IMG/VR virus record: IMGVR_UViG_3300014000_000001
Span: 168,791-232,790 of that record
Reading direction: 5' to 3' (one strand)
DNA length: 64,000 nt
Source of the DNA: a virus
Lineage: Duplodnaviria > Caudoviricetes
In this document: positions 9,624-20,297 of the stretch, piece by piece
Numbering within the stretch: position 1 is the stretch's first letter
How the letters are laid out: each line of letters starts with the position of its first letter
Made by a program: the position numbers and the translations under genes
Notes under the pieces: generated by a model
Seen by the model: the letters and a program-made list of their open reading frames with translations, nothing else
Told to the model about the DNA's origin: nothing
Databases searched by the model: none

Positions 9624-12074
9624 ATGAGTGATACGTTATATAAAATATTTCGTTCTAAGTGCTTTGCTTTAGCGTACACGACCGTCATTCATAGCACCTT
9701 AGAAGCTAAAGCGCAGAATGTCTTTCTTGAACAGAAAGGATTTACAATCAATCATAATAATCCAAGCACTTGGAAGTACTATTTAAATTTAACTGGAGAG
9801 TACCACGACTACGATAAAGCATTGATTGGGGAGCTAAATGGGGATGGTCATCCTTATATGCGTATTAAGGTTGCGGGAGATAATCGTCCAATTGAAGTTA
9901 ATTTCACTAAGGAATTATTAACAGGGCAAGCGGGGGATTATTCCCTCGCAGCGGAATATAGTTATGGTTCTGATTACTATAATGAATTAGTTGCACGTTA
10001 TCCCGCTTGTGAGAGTTTGATTCTAGGGATTTTAAATCCAATTGATATTACAACTGCACTATCTGCAGGCAATGGTGATATTCTTTATTGTGGTGGTTAT
10101 TATCGTAAACGTATTTCCCACATCATGAAGGAAGTCTATGGGTTTGAAAAACGTGAAGATGTAACGATTGATGCAGAATTCTTAATTGAAGATTGGGAGC
10201 ATGAATTAATATACAGCTTACAAACGTATATCCAACTTTACTTAAAGCGTTGGGAAATTGAAGACTTCACAGCTAACCATTCTTATTACCCTGCTGCGAT
10301 TCGTATCGGGTTAATCGCTGGAATGATTCCAATGATTGAGAAAACCCGTTTAAAGTTTGTAAAGTCTTATGCCGCACATTCTTACCATGTTCGTGAATTT
10401 ATCAATGCGTATGGTTATTTGGGTGATTATGTTGATGCTTTAACCCGCGAACAAGCAATGTATCTTTACCATAACATCGATTGGTTGGTGACCAATAAAG
10501 GTAAAGAAAAAGTATTAAAAGCATTGATTGATAATCTGCTCACTCCTTCCAATATCCCTCTACTTGCGTATAACATGGGGCACGATAACTGGGATATGCA
10601 GATTCGCAATAGCATTAATCCTAGCATTGAATTTAAGAAAGAATACTTAAACCTTGATCCATTGACTAATGATGTGGGTACAGCTACTAGCGTTATTGTT
10701 GAGAAAGAAGAAACCCTTGCTCGGGATAATGGTTTATTTGTAGATGAGCAAGTTGAACACATTGAGAATTTAGCTAAGTATTCTAATTTCAATAGTTTGA
10801 AAACTAAAGTATTGGAATCCAACTATACCGAATGGGATATGAATGTCTTCTTTAACCTAGATGAGTTTCAATTCCATAACTGGATATATGCAGCCTCGCA
10901 AGGCCTGTATCAGGGTTCTATCTTTGTCACACATCCTGTAAGTGGAGGGCGATTACAACTCACCCCTAGAACTTCTTTAGTATTGTTCTTATACGCGTTT
11001 ACTAAAGGGTATTATGGTTATACCTTGGAGGAGTGTCCTGAACTTATTATCCGCAATATTCCTAAAGATAGAAACTTTAATCGTGACTATCTAGAACCTT
11101 ATCCAGATAACACTGAATTGTGGCGTAATGTTACCTCTGACCAAATAGATCAAACTAAGATCGATAGTATTGCAGCTTTCCCAATACCTGTACATCGCTA
11201 TACATCATCAACTGACTTTTATTCTAAGACATCAAATATGTTTGATATATTGGAGGAGCGAAGAGCCTTGGCTGCAGCTGAATCTGATATCTTTGCAAAT
11301 GGTGAGTTAGAGTTAGTGGTGGCGAAGTTCTACCATTTGTTTATTAAAGTTGATCCATTGATTGATGTTGGTTATCCAATATGGCTTGCTCAAATGGGAT
11401 TGGATATGGATGGACTTGATCAGTATGCTTATCAAAGACTTGCAGATGAATTATTAAATGCAGGTTTGGGTATTTCTGATTCTACCAAGAAATCATCTGC
11501 ACGAATGCATAGTGCACTCATGAACATTGTAAAATTCTTCTTAAGTTATACAGTTCAGTTGGTGAGTAAGTTCTCTAAAGCGTCATCAAGAACATACGGC
11601 TTAAAAACCATCCGCATGACTCCTTATCAGCATGATACTTCCGGACAAACATTTTTAGACATTGGGATAAGAACCATTGTTGAAGCACTGCAAGATCAGA
11701 ATAGTGAATGGTGGGCAGTTATCGGTAGTAGTTTTTTAGATGTGGGTGAGACCTACCAACAGGGAATCGCATTCTTTCCAATCATAGATGCGACAATAGA
11801 TAATGGATATGAGAAGACTGTGGAGGTCGAGTACAATCTTTTAGGATTTACCATGATGCCTCCAGACGAATCCAATCCATCCCTCCCATACGCTGATGTG
11901 GAGAGTTACACCATTGAAGGATTAGTAGGCAGCAAACTCATTGATCAACACGATGTCACTGGACTCAATATGCAGGTATTGTTGAGCGTGGATACCGTAT
12001 CATTCTTAGATACGTTTGGTTTAGATAAAGTATCTGCAGAAGACTTTAATTTCAACATTTCAATTGGATTATAA
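9624..12074 (+). CDS. Virion baseplate structural protein (phiKZ gp128-like)
   Basis: WKYYLNLTGEYH, AHSYHVREF, YLYHNIDW and KTKVLES motifs; head-to-head with the portal gene. Confidence 0.75.
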   Translation: MSDTLYKIFRSKCFALAYTTVIHSTLEAKAQNVFLEQKGFTINHNNPSTWKYYLNLTGEYHDYDKALIGELNGDGHPYMRIKVAGDNRPIEVNFTKELLTGQAGDYSLAAEYSYGSDYYNELVARYPACESLILGILNPIDITTALSAGNGDILYCGGYYRKRISHIMKEVYGFEKREDVTIDAEFLIEDWEHELIYSLQTYIQLYLKRWEIEDFTANHSYYPAAIRIGLIAGMIPMIEKTRLKFVKSYAAHSYHVREFINAYGYLGDYVDALTREQAMYLYHNIDWLVTNKGKEKVLKALIDNLLTPSNIPLLAYNMGHDNWDMQIRNSINPSIEFKKEYLNLDPLTNDVGTATSVIVEKEETLARDNGLFVDEQVEHIENLAKYSNFNSLKTKVLESNYTEWDMNVFFNLDEFQFHNWIYAASQGLYQGSIFVTHPVSGGRLQLTPRTSLVLFLYAFTKGYYGYTLEECPELIIRNIPKDRNFNRDYLEPYPDNTELWRNVTSDQIDQTKIDSIAAFPIPVHRYTSSTDFYSKTSNMFDILEERRALAAAESDIFANGELELVVAKFYHLFIKVDPLIDVGYPIWLAQMGLDMDGLDQYAYQRLADELLNAGLGISDSTKKSSARMHSALMNIVKFFLSYTVQLVSKFSKASSRTYGLKTIRMTPYQHDTSGQTFLDIGIRTIVEALQDQNSEWWAVIGSSFLDVGETYQQGIAFFPIIDATIDNGYEKTVEVEYNLLGFTMMPPDESNPSLPYADVESYTIEGLVGSKLIDQHDVTGLNMQVLLSVDTVSFLDTFGLDKVSAEDFNFNISIGL

Positions 12075-12076
12075 TT

Positions 12077-12892
12077 ATGGATATTGGTTTAAGTCATGTC
12101 ATCACTGTAAATGGTGAGATATACAATGCTTACTGGGATTTGTTTAACCCGAATCAAGCGATAGGTAATGTTCATAGCATCATGATCTTTGAAGAAGATA
12201 TTCCGCTTGATTCTTTGTTTCAAAGGCTCGATGAAGCCATAGCGACAGAGACGATTCAAGGTTCTTTTTATTTAAAAGATAAAACCCAAAGTATGTATAA
12301 GTTCGATGCTAACTATAGTGTCTTTATTGAAGCATTAGATGAAGATATTGATGTTAAGCAGTTCGTATTTGTATCTGATGGAGTTCCTTGGACGTTATGT
12401 AAGTTAGATAAACCTGTAACTGTGCGTGCTAATACTGAAGCGGTTTTTACATTTACCTCAACAGTATTGGTGAACAACAACGATAACATCGCCACTAACC
12501 TTTGGAACATTAATGTTGATAAATTCAATATTAAATATGCAGCTATGGTCCATCCTGTTGAAGAGTTCTCACGTAATGTTCTGGCTTCGTCATCAAAAGC
12601 GTTATTGGATGATCCTAGCGATGATACCATTGCTATTGCGCTTAAAAATGGAGTAGAGTTAAAACCTGATTATATTCTTGAACCTGGTAAGATTGGTATC
12701 CATATTAAGGCGAAAACTCGTAACGATGTTGTGGGGGTGAAAGCCATTTTCATTCGAATATTATGGAACCTAGGGATCATGATTTACATTGATTCAGTCA
12801 CCTACGGTGGTGTTAAAATTGATAGTTTAACTCTAGCTCGCGGGCATGAACTGACGCTGGTGTTTGGTCTTAATTTTAAAGAGGTAACCTAA
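12077..12892 (+). CDS. Hypothetical protein, probably virion/baseplate-associated
   Basis: Starts 2 nt after the gp128-like stop codon. Confidence 0.6.
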   Translation: MDIGLSHVITVNGEIYNAYWDLFNPNQAIGNVHSIMIFEEDIPLDSLFQRLDEAIATETIQGSFYLKDKTQSMYKFDANYSVFIEALDEDIDVKQFVFVSDGVPWTLCKLDKPVTVRANTEAVFTFTSTVLVNNNDNIATNLWNINVDKFNIKYAAMVHPVEEFSRNVLASSSKALLDDPSDDTIAIALKNGVELKPDYILEPGKIGIHIKAKTRNDVVGVKAIFIRILWNLGIMIYIDSVTYGGVKIDSLTLARGHELTLVFGLNFKEVT

Positions 12893-12893
12893 A

Positions 12894-13463
12894 ATGGAAT
12901 TAAGTATTGATAATGAGAACCTTAAGTTTTTGTCTCCATTAGATCAAACTTATTCTCCATTTAGTGCTTATGCGAATGGTCGTGATATTCATCAAGAATT
13001 ACATTCTTGGGAATTAAGGTTAGATAAAAACGAACTTATTTTATCTAATGAAGTTGGGGCGAGTTATAATCTCGGTGCACTCACAGAGGATAAGTTGGTA
13101 CGGGTCACTCTGACCTTTTTCCAATTTGAAACCCCTTACTTTGCGCTAGAGTATAGTAATGGAGTGACTCGATTATTTAAATATAATCTAGTTGAGCGAG
13201 AATTAACTTATTTGCTCGAACTAACCCATTATAAAAACTTAAGCTTATTTTATTCACGTGCGGTTCAGAAAGATAAAATTATGATGGCTGCAATCTTACC
13301 CGACGAAGGAGTTGTTCTAGGTGAATTTGATGTTGGGCAAGCAACATTTAAATTAGACCTTACAAAGAAGTATAGCAATACTGAGCAACTCAGGATTCAT
13401 CGGTTTGGCATTACAGTAACCAATCAATTGAAAATTGAAGTTGCTTCTTTGGATGAATCTTAA
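12894..13463 (+). CDS. Hypothetical beta-rich protein, probably virion-associated
   Basis: AGAGG RBS; same apparent operon. Confidence 0.6.
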   Translation: MELSIDNENLKFLSPLDQTYSPFSAYANGRDIHQELHSWELRLDKNELILSNEVGASYNLGALTEDKLVRVTLTFFQFETPYFALEYSNGVTRLFKYNLVERELTYLLELTHYKNLSLFYSRAVQKDKIMMAAILPDEGVVLGEFDVGQATFKLDLTKKYSNTEQLRIHRFGITVTNQLKIEVASLDES

Positions 13464-13468
13464 AAATG

Positions 13469-13497
13469 GAATGAGCATGGTTTTTCCATGCTCATTC
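13469..13497 (+). terminator. Terminator-like hairpin followed by TATG (13504-13507)
   Basis: gaatgagcatgg-ttttt-ccatgctcattc. Confidence 0.7.
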
Positions 13498-13524
13498 TTT
13501 CATTATGTTAATGTGGAGATCCAG

Positions 13525-16500
13525 ATGGATACAAAACAACGTAGACAACCCAAAGCTTTTTCGGGAAATCGCGCGACGGGACTAAGAGAGTTGTACTCGG
13601 CTACAGCCGGTGGTGTCGGTATTATTTCCATTCATGCTATTCAGAACGAAAATAAACGTTATAACACAATGGCAAATGTTCTTGCTCGTGCAGGTTCAGG
13701 AATCAAAACAGTTGATAAAGTAGACTCGGTTTTCTATAATCGTCAAACTTTAAAAGATGTATTCACTAATGCTGGTATTAAAACTCCAGAAGGATTTAAG
13801 ATTAGCGTTAAGGATGAGTTCGAACATCCAATTTCTGAACAAGATGTCCTTAAGATTTTAAACGGACAATATCGTTGTGACTTCACTGAAGATGATATCA
13901 ATGTCACTTATATCAACGGCAACTATTATTCAATCGAAGCCTTGGAACAATCATTCGGTTATATCGGTAAATCTACATTAGGTATCGGAATTGAACGTGA
14001 CGTTCCATTAGTCCCTACCGAAAATGCGTTGTTCGAATCAGAGCAAAGTACGTTAAGTAGCCTAATCCAAATCAATGGTCGAGAGTATGCGGTTACAAGT
14101 CCTAACCTTTATGCTCAAGAAAAGGTAATCTTCCACGAGTTTACCAAAAATGATCAGAGTAAACTTGCTTACTTTTTAAACTTAAATGAAATTAGTTTAA
14201 ACGCTTTGATGCCTGTGGATATCTCCTCACGCCCAGCGGGTAGTAACCTAAACGAAACGGTTCGTCCAAGCAATGGTGAATTTATCTTATCGCCATTTGT
14301 GCCTGCTTTAGTGGATAAACCTATAGAAGCTCAAGACGTTGGTGTGGAACTGCGTTTCACGTCATGGTTGACCAGTCTTGAGATGATTGATTCTGTGTTT
14401 GAAATAAAAGTGAATGGGGTAGTTACCACCTTAACACATATCAATGCGAATAGTACTGATCTTACTATTGATACCGCTAATGATGTATTGATTGTAAGCA
14501 ATAATACTTACGCACCTGTAGCTATCCAGCTCCGTGCTAAAACTATTTCTTTAGCTGCTTTAGAAGATCCTCGTTTTACTTTCATTCGCACTGAAGATCA
14601 GCCTGAGTTAGTGGACGGTTATGAGGTTTACGGTTATACCTTAGCAGCTAAGCAAAAACCTTTAGAGCTACTACGAGTTACCCCACATATACCAAATACG
14701 TCAAACTACGCGGTATTGCTTGCTCGTTTAGGTGCAGTGATTGGTGAAGAACCAGAAGTGGTTGAAGAAGGACAAGAGATTGTAGAGATTAAAACCCTCA
14801 ATCAAGACCATGACCCACAATGGATGTACGAAGAAACAATCACTGTATCTGGGTTAGATAAAGTGGTGAATGCATCTCTGATCAAAAACGGGGTGAAGTT
14901 TCTTGATGCTTTCGCAATAGATCAAGAACAGTGGGAAATTCTACAAAAGGTAGATTTAAACCAAACCACTCTTACGATAACTCGCACCAATCAAAACAAA
15001 ATTGAAAGTACCCAAGGTTATTCGGTTAACCAGTTGTTGGCTCGTGGTATTTGGGATGACGCTTTAGGGTTATTCATTTTTGCCTTCGAATGTAAAGATG
15101 ATTGGGAAGGTTCTACTAAAGTTGTTTATAATGGCAATACATTATTCCTAAACACCACAGTTGAACTTAAAACTACTCGTGACCTAACTAAAACATATTT
15201 ACCTAAATTCTCAATTGTAGATCAAGAACAATGGGAGATTTTAAAACAGGCTAAACCTGAATGGGTGACAAAGTTTGGACAGAATGCTTTTAAAGGTTCT
15301 CCTGTGTTGGTGAGTCAAGACGGATTTTCATTAACTTACGATATCACCCCAACACCTGCAGAGGTTGATTTAGGTTATGTTGAAACCGAGTTTTTAGTAG
15401 CTTTGGCATTTAGTGCGCAAATCAAACCGATCTTAGATCGTGCAATTGAGAAAGTTGAAACCAATCAATTAACTACTCCGTTAATTCGCATTGTTGCTTC
15501 AGGTCCTTATCTATCTGGTACAGTGTACAGTTTGACGCACGGTCAATACATTGCGAATGGGTTTAAAGATTATTATCTTGACGAAGCATCTGGTGATTAT
15601 ACTATTGTTGCACGTTATAAAACTCGAATCAATTTAGAACCTAATTTTGATTTAAGTAATCCTGCCAATGTAATTGATCGTATTGATAATGTAGGTACCT
15701 TTGAAGTTACTTTTGATGCAGATGGTGTGTACGGTGCGGTATTTAAAAATAATGTGGTACGCCAACATAATGTATTGAACTCACTGAGTTTTAATACTCC
15801 AGCTTTACCATCACCACACTTAATTATCGCCGATCCTTCTTTGGTCGATAATGCGGCTGTTGTAAATAAATTAAATTCCATCTTACCAGCAGGTTATACT
15901 CTTGCTAACACTACAGCTTTGAGTTTAATTACTCAAGCAACGGATAGTGACCTCAATGTAAATGTTGGTCGTGATTTAACAGGGGTATCAACTTACCATG
16001 CATACATTGTGATGGCTGAGTTAGTAGCAACTCCAGAACAAATTACACGCCTACACCATGCTAAAAATAAGGTCGTGGTAAATGGGATGGTTTTGAACGC
16101 AGATGCGTTTATCAATAGTTTACTCTTGATTAATGGAAGCTATTATTATCTATTCCCAATCGAGATCATTAATAGTAAGCAAGTTGATTTGAATATCATT
16201 ATCGATTTAGATGGCGATGGAGGTATTTATCTCAGTGGTAATACATCTATCACGATCAACATGCAGGTAATCGAACCCCCTTTATCTGTGTTTATGTTGG
16301 TTGACCAAGATGCTGATGATCAATCACAACAAGCATTATTAACACACAGCATAGCGTCAGGTTATCCTACGGTTGTTGTTCCAAATGACTCACCGTTTGA
16401 TTGCTATAAAACACCACAAATGGCAATTCACGGGTTAACTTTTAATACTGATGAAAATCATGATGTAACTATAGATGGTAGTATCAACGGTATTGATGAG

Positions 16501-19500
16501 AATACATTAGTTGCTGTTGAATTCATGCTTTATATTACTAAAGCTGAGTTGGATGCACGCGCTGACAACACTGATGTTATCGGTAAGATCACGAAAGCTA
16601 ATACCAACCATTCATTGGATATCACCAACGCATTGATTAAACGTCAAAGCTATATCAAAAATGGGAATCTATATTTCTACAGTTTGATTAAGTTAGGTGA
16701 AGCAGGTGGCTTTAATGGTGAGTATAATATCACTATTGATTGGGATGGTTTAGATAGTGATGACAGCTACATCATTGATGGCGTTGACCATAACTCATTC
16801 TACAAACAAAGTTTAGATTTTATCCTTGATGTGAATGCGGTGTTCTTACCGCGTGATTTGGTCTCACCTAAATTCACATGGGTGGCTGGTGCTAAGCAGC
16901 AGGAGTTGTACACTGATCTAGCTACTGGTTTGCTTCCAATTCCAAACATCTTACAAAATGATTTGATTGAAGTAGATTATGTTGGTTTCACTAAGGTTGG
17001 TGGGGTTGCAAGTACAACTGTGATCATTCCGCTTGAATCTGCAGGCAAGAAGACTGTTTGGTTTGCTCAGACTGATTTAGATGATGCAACCTATGCAGTA
17101 TTTAATCAAGCTAAGGTGATGTGGAACGACCCATTGGTGAATGGAGGTGCAACTTATCAGACTGACGCAGTTTACCTCAAATCACAATTGTTTAAACGCG
17201 ATGGGGTTTACTACCTTCCAATCTTATTAGATCTTGTAGATAACGTTTCAGATATCACAATTGATATCGATTTGGATGCAGGCGGTAAGAAATACAAATC
17301 TACCTCATCAACATTAAAACGCGTTATAACCACTACAGCTCAAAAACAATCTCCAACCTTTGGCTGGGCAAATAATCAAGAAGAATTGTTTACTGCATTT
17401 AAAGCAGGGCAGCTTGTATTCCCAACCGTTACTTCGAATGAAGTTGTGGATAGCGCTTACGTTACTTACACTTCGGTGACTTCGATAGATCTATCTGCAA
17501 ATGTTATTAGTCGCGATAATAACATGATGGTTGGATTTTTACAATTCCTAGGTAGTGAAGAAATATATGCTATTTTAAGCAATGATACTACATTTAAGCG
17601 TTCAATTGATGGAGTTGAGTCAACATTAACGTGGAACCAACTTAAACCTGAGTTGGTGAAATATCAAAACAAATATTATCTGTTGATGAAACACACAATA
17701 GATAAGACTCAATCTCAAGCAGAGATTAGTTTTGACGTTGATGGTGCTGGAGTTAAATTCACTCCATCTTCAACTACATTGATTGCAAGTGTTACTTGGA
17801 TTGCTCAAAAACAATCACCAAACTTCATTATCGCTCCGAATCAAAAAGAGTTATTAGTGCAAGCGCGTTTAGGATTAAACCCTAGATTGGTGGGTAATCC
17901 TGAAGACCTAGCTGATCCAAATGGAGTGACTTATGAACTCACCGATACAACATTCAAAGCAACATATCTAGCGGAAGAAGAAGGCGCTGTCCCAGTCTTC
18001 GTTAAGTTAAACGCTAGTGAGTCAGAATTTGCTAAGCTGGGCGATCAAATCAAGTTTGGACGAATCACTGAAGAAGACCCAGATTCTTTCATGGATCTTG
18101 GTTGGGAAGAGTTGAATGATTACATGTTATTCACTTATAACGGTGAGAAGTATTTGATCCTTCATTCTGGTATAGTTAGTGGTTCAATGGTTGATGGGTT
18201 CTTACTGGATGCCGATGGCGATAAGTTAGAATACTTACCGTCTAAATCTTACTTACAAGCTTCTGTAGAGTTTGTTGAATCAATTGCATCTCCAAGAATG
18301 TATTTCCAAGGTGATCAGCTTGCAATGATGGAATCCTTAGATTCTACTTGGGTGAAAGGCAATGAAGTTAAGGTAGTGGAACAAGGTGGATCAATGATCT
18401 ACCTAGATGTGACCACACAGAATCAGATCAAAGCATTACGAGTAAGTTATCTTACTGATTTCACAGATGAGTTGTTTGATGCAATTAATAGTACAACCAC
18501 ATTGGTAATTAGAAATGAACTCACCAATGAGGAAAATACATACACAGGTACTGCAATCAAAACAATGTTTACCAAAGGTGATGACGGTTATCGTGGTAAC
18601 CTAGATCTGAATAAATTAGATCATCATCTAAAAGTGAGTTTTATACTTGATATCGATGGAACAGGTCGTGTGTATAAAGCAACAACTTCTACACTTGAAG
18701 TAGTGTCTAACTGGATCGATCCTGTAATGTCGCCTGTTTATACCTTGGCCTCTAATCAACAAGATCTTTATACTCAGTTCCTAGCTGGTAACTTAAGTAT
18801 TAAGCCTGAAACGGTGAATAAACATTGGGTAAGTTTAGAGGACATTACTTACATCACGACCACCCCAACTGAGTTCTCCGTTAACGTGATCAATACTGCC
18901 GACCCAGGTGAGACTTTCATGCTCTTCACTGAAATCAATATCAGTGATGCTCAGGTTGCCGCACTTACCAATAATGCCACCCTTGATCGTGGGTATGGAG
19001 TTGAAAACTTTAAAGACTTTATTGCGCAGAATCTCTTTAAGTATAATGGTAAATGCTATTTTGTTGAGGAAATTTCTGCTGAAGAGTCTTTAACGATTGA
19101 TAAACGTACCTTTAAAGTGGATCTCGATGGTAATAATCCATATTACATTCAGTCTTCAGCTGATCATCGTATCTTGGTAAATGCTATCGCACAGAAGCAA
19201 TCACCACTGATTACCTTTGCGCCTAACCAAGCGGAAATTATTAATAAGGTACGAAGTGGGGAGATTGCTTTACCGAGCGGTAATGATAAAGATTATCTTC
19301 TCCCAAGTGAGAATATTACCTATCTTACGCTTAACGATTATGAGTTAAAGGCAACGTATATACCACAACGGATTGAATCAAACAACGAAGATATGGTCTT
19401 TAGCTTCTTCATTAAAGTAGGGCTAACTAAGGATCAATACGATGCATTAGATGATACCACAACCTTTAGTATCAAGGCTGGGGAGAATGGTGTCGTTACT

Positions 19501-20244
19501 CCGCTTCCTGGTGAGATACTTAAAGCATTTCTGTTGGTAGATGGTGAAAATTATTATATCCTTTCACGTGGTAATGTTCTTCCAAATAGCATGACCTTGG
19601 TCATGGATCTAGATGGTTCAGCGAATGTATATCTTCCCACCACAGCTTTATTACATCTAGGTGTGTCTGAGGAGATCGTTATTAGCTGTGATGATGCCCC
19701 ACGTCAAACTCAGTATGTGGCGATTGATGGGAAATTTATAATTAAGCTTGATGGAGAAGAAATTGACCCACATCAAACTCAGGTGGTGAGTTTGACTGAA
19801 GCTACTAACGCGATGAGTGTGGAGGAGATGATTCAATACTTTAATATTGATCACCCTGAACACAATATTGTGGTTGAACCATATTTAGAGATCTCTTGTG
19901 AGGGTTCTCCAAATGAGAGTCAGTGTTTGAAATTGACAGGTCTTTGGGATGTATTCATTGATGAAGTGAAGGTATTGAGTGGAGTCGAAGGTAGTGAACT
20001 TCCAACAGAACTTAATAATTTAAATGGATCTGTGGTGTTAAAACCATGTGAAGAGATTCCTCCTGAGCCAGTGATTGAACCAAACGCATTTTTAGGACAG
20101 GTTAATTTAAAGCAAGGTCGATATGCTGAAGTTCTAGTAGATGGTAAATCCATTCGTACAGATATCAGGAATTTCGCAGTACTCCAAATTGCTTTAGAAA
20201 GCCAAGGCATCTTATTCACTGAAATCAGTGATATGCTATCATAA
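13525..20244 (+). CDS. Giant repetitive virion fibre-like protein (~2240 aa)
   Basis: Start moved from 13435 to ATG 13525 (GGAG RBS, downstream of the terminator); N-terminal RYNT..AGSG..V.YNR.TL.DVF jumbo-phage virion domain; many ~150-aa SP.F..A.NQ.EL...DLDG repeats; C-terminal ISC.G modules. Confidence 0.75.
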   Translation: MDTKQRRQPKAFSGNRATGLRELYSATAGGVGIISIHAIQNENKRYNTMANVLARAGSGIKTVDKVDSVFYNRQTLKDVFTNAGIKTPEGFKISVKDEFEHPISEQDVLKILNGQYRCDFTEDDINVTYINGNYYSIEALEQSFGYIGKSTLGIGIERDVPLVPTENALFESEQSTLSSLIQINGREYAVTSPNLYAQEKVIFHEFTKNDQSKLAYFLNLNEISLNALMPVDISSRPAGSNLNETVRPSNGEFILSPFVPALVDKPIEAQDVGVELRFTSWLTSLEMIDSVFEIKVNGVVTTLTHINANSTDLTIDTANDVLIVSNNTYAPVAIQLRAKTISLAALEDPRFTFIRTEDQPELVDGYEVYGYTLAAKQKPLELLRVTPHIPNTSNYAVLLARLGAVIGEEPEVVEEGQEIVEIKTLNQDHDPQWMYEETITVSGLDKVVNASLIKNGVKFLDAFAIDQEQWEILQKVDLNQTTLTITRTNQNKIESTQGYSVNQLLARGIWDDALGLFIFAFECKDDWEGSTKVVYNGNTLFLNTTVELKTTRDLTKTYLPKFSIVDQEQWEILKQAKPEWVTKFGQNAFKGSPVLVSQDGFSLTYDITPTPAEVDLGYVETEFLVALAFSAQIKPILDRAIEKVETNQLTTPLIRIVASGPYLSGTVYSLTHGQYIANGFKDYYLDEASGDYTIVARYKTRINLEPNFDLSNPANVIDRIDNVGTFEVTFDADGVYGAVFKNNVVRQHNVLNSLSFNTPALPSPHLIIADPSLVDNAAVVNKLNSILPAGYTLANTTALSLITQATDSDLNVNVGRDLTGVSTYHAYIVMAELVATPEQITRLHHAKNKVVVNGMVLNADAFINSLLLINGSYYYLFPIEIINSKQVDLNIIIDLDGDGGIYLSGNTSITINMQVIEPPLSVFMLVDQDADDQSQQALLTHSIASGYPTVVVPNDSPFDCYKTPQMAIHGLTFNTDENHDVTIDGSINGIDENTLVAVEFMLYITKAELDARADNTDVIGKITKANTNHSLDITNALIKRQSYIKNGNLYFYSLIKLGEAGGFNGEYNITIDWDGLDSDDSYIIDGVDHNSFYKQSLDFILDVNAVFLPRDLVSPKFTWVAGAKQQELYTDLATGLLPIPNILQNDLIEVDYVGFTKVGGVASTTVIIPLESAGKKTVWFAQTDLDDATYAVFNQAKVMWNDPLVNGGATYQTDAVYLKSQLFKRDGVYYLPILLDLVDNVSDITIDIDLDAGGKKYKSTSSTLKRVITTTAQKQSPTFGWANNQEELFTAFKAGQLVFPTVTSNEVVDSAYVTYTSVTSIDLSANVISRDNNMMVGFLQFLGSEEIYAILSNDTTFKRSIDGVESTLTWNQLKPELVKYQNKYYLLMKHTIDKTQSQAEISFDVDGAGVKFTPSSTTLIASVTWIAQKQSPNFIIAPNQKELLVQARLGLNPRLVGNPEDLADPNGVTYELTDTTFKATYLAEEEGAVPVFVKLNASESEFAKLGDQIKFGRITEEDPDSFMDLGWEELNDYMLFTYNGEKYLILHSGIVSGSMVDGFLLDADGDKLEYLPSKSYLQASVEFVESIASPRMYFQGDQLAMMESLDSTWVKGNEVKVVEQGGSMIYLDVTTQNQIKALRVSYLTDFTDELFDAINSTTTLVIRNELTNEENTYTGTAIKTMFTKGDDGYRGNLDLNKLDHHLKVSFILDIDGTGRVYKATTSTLEVVSNWIDPVMSPVYTLASNQQDLYTQFLAGNLSIKPETVNKHWVSLEDITYITTTPTEFSVNVINTADPGETFMLFTEINISDAQVAALTNNATLDRGYGVENFKDFIAQNLFKYNGKCYFVEEISAEESLTIDKRTFKVDLDGNNPYYIQSSADHRILVNAIAQKQSPLITFAPNQAEIINKVRSGEIALPSGNDKDYLLPSENITYLTLNDYELKATYIPQRIESNNEDMVFSFFIKVGLTKDQYDALDDTTTFSIKAGENGVVTPLPGEILKAFLLVDGENYYILSRGNVLPNSMTLVMDLDGSANVYLPTTALLHLGVSEEIVISCDDAPRQTQYVAIDGKFIIKLDGEEIDPHQTQVVSLTEATNAMSVEEMIQYFNIDHPEHNIVVEPYLEISCEGSPNESQCLKLTGLWDVFIDEVKVLSGVEGSELPTELNNLNGSVVLKPCEEIPPEPVIEPNAFLGQVNLKQGRYAEVLVDGKSIRTDIRNFAVLQIALESQGILFTEISDMLS

Positions 20245-20249
20245 ATCAA

Positions 20250-20282
20250 ATAAGAGTGAGGGTGTATATCCCTCACTCTTAT
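20250..20282 (+). terminator. Hairpin (terminator or processing site)
   Basis: ataagagtgaggg-tgtatat-ccctcactcttat. Confidence 0.6.
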
Positions 20283-20297
20283 AACAGGATGAAACCA

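Noticed and set aside
13435-13524. ORF-track N-terminal extension of the 2269-aa protein
   Set aside because: It overlaps the upstream gene and crosses a terminator hairpin; ATG 13525 is the better start
13544-13616. GC-richer stretch with CCC-AAA-GC...GC-GAC-GGG, loosely like a c-di-GMP-I (GEMM) riboswitch arm
   Set aside because: It lies inside the probable coding region (ATG 13525 with GGAG RBS), and the second stem and receptor consensus are missing
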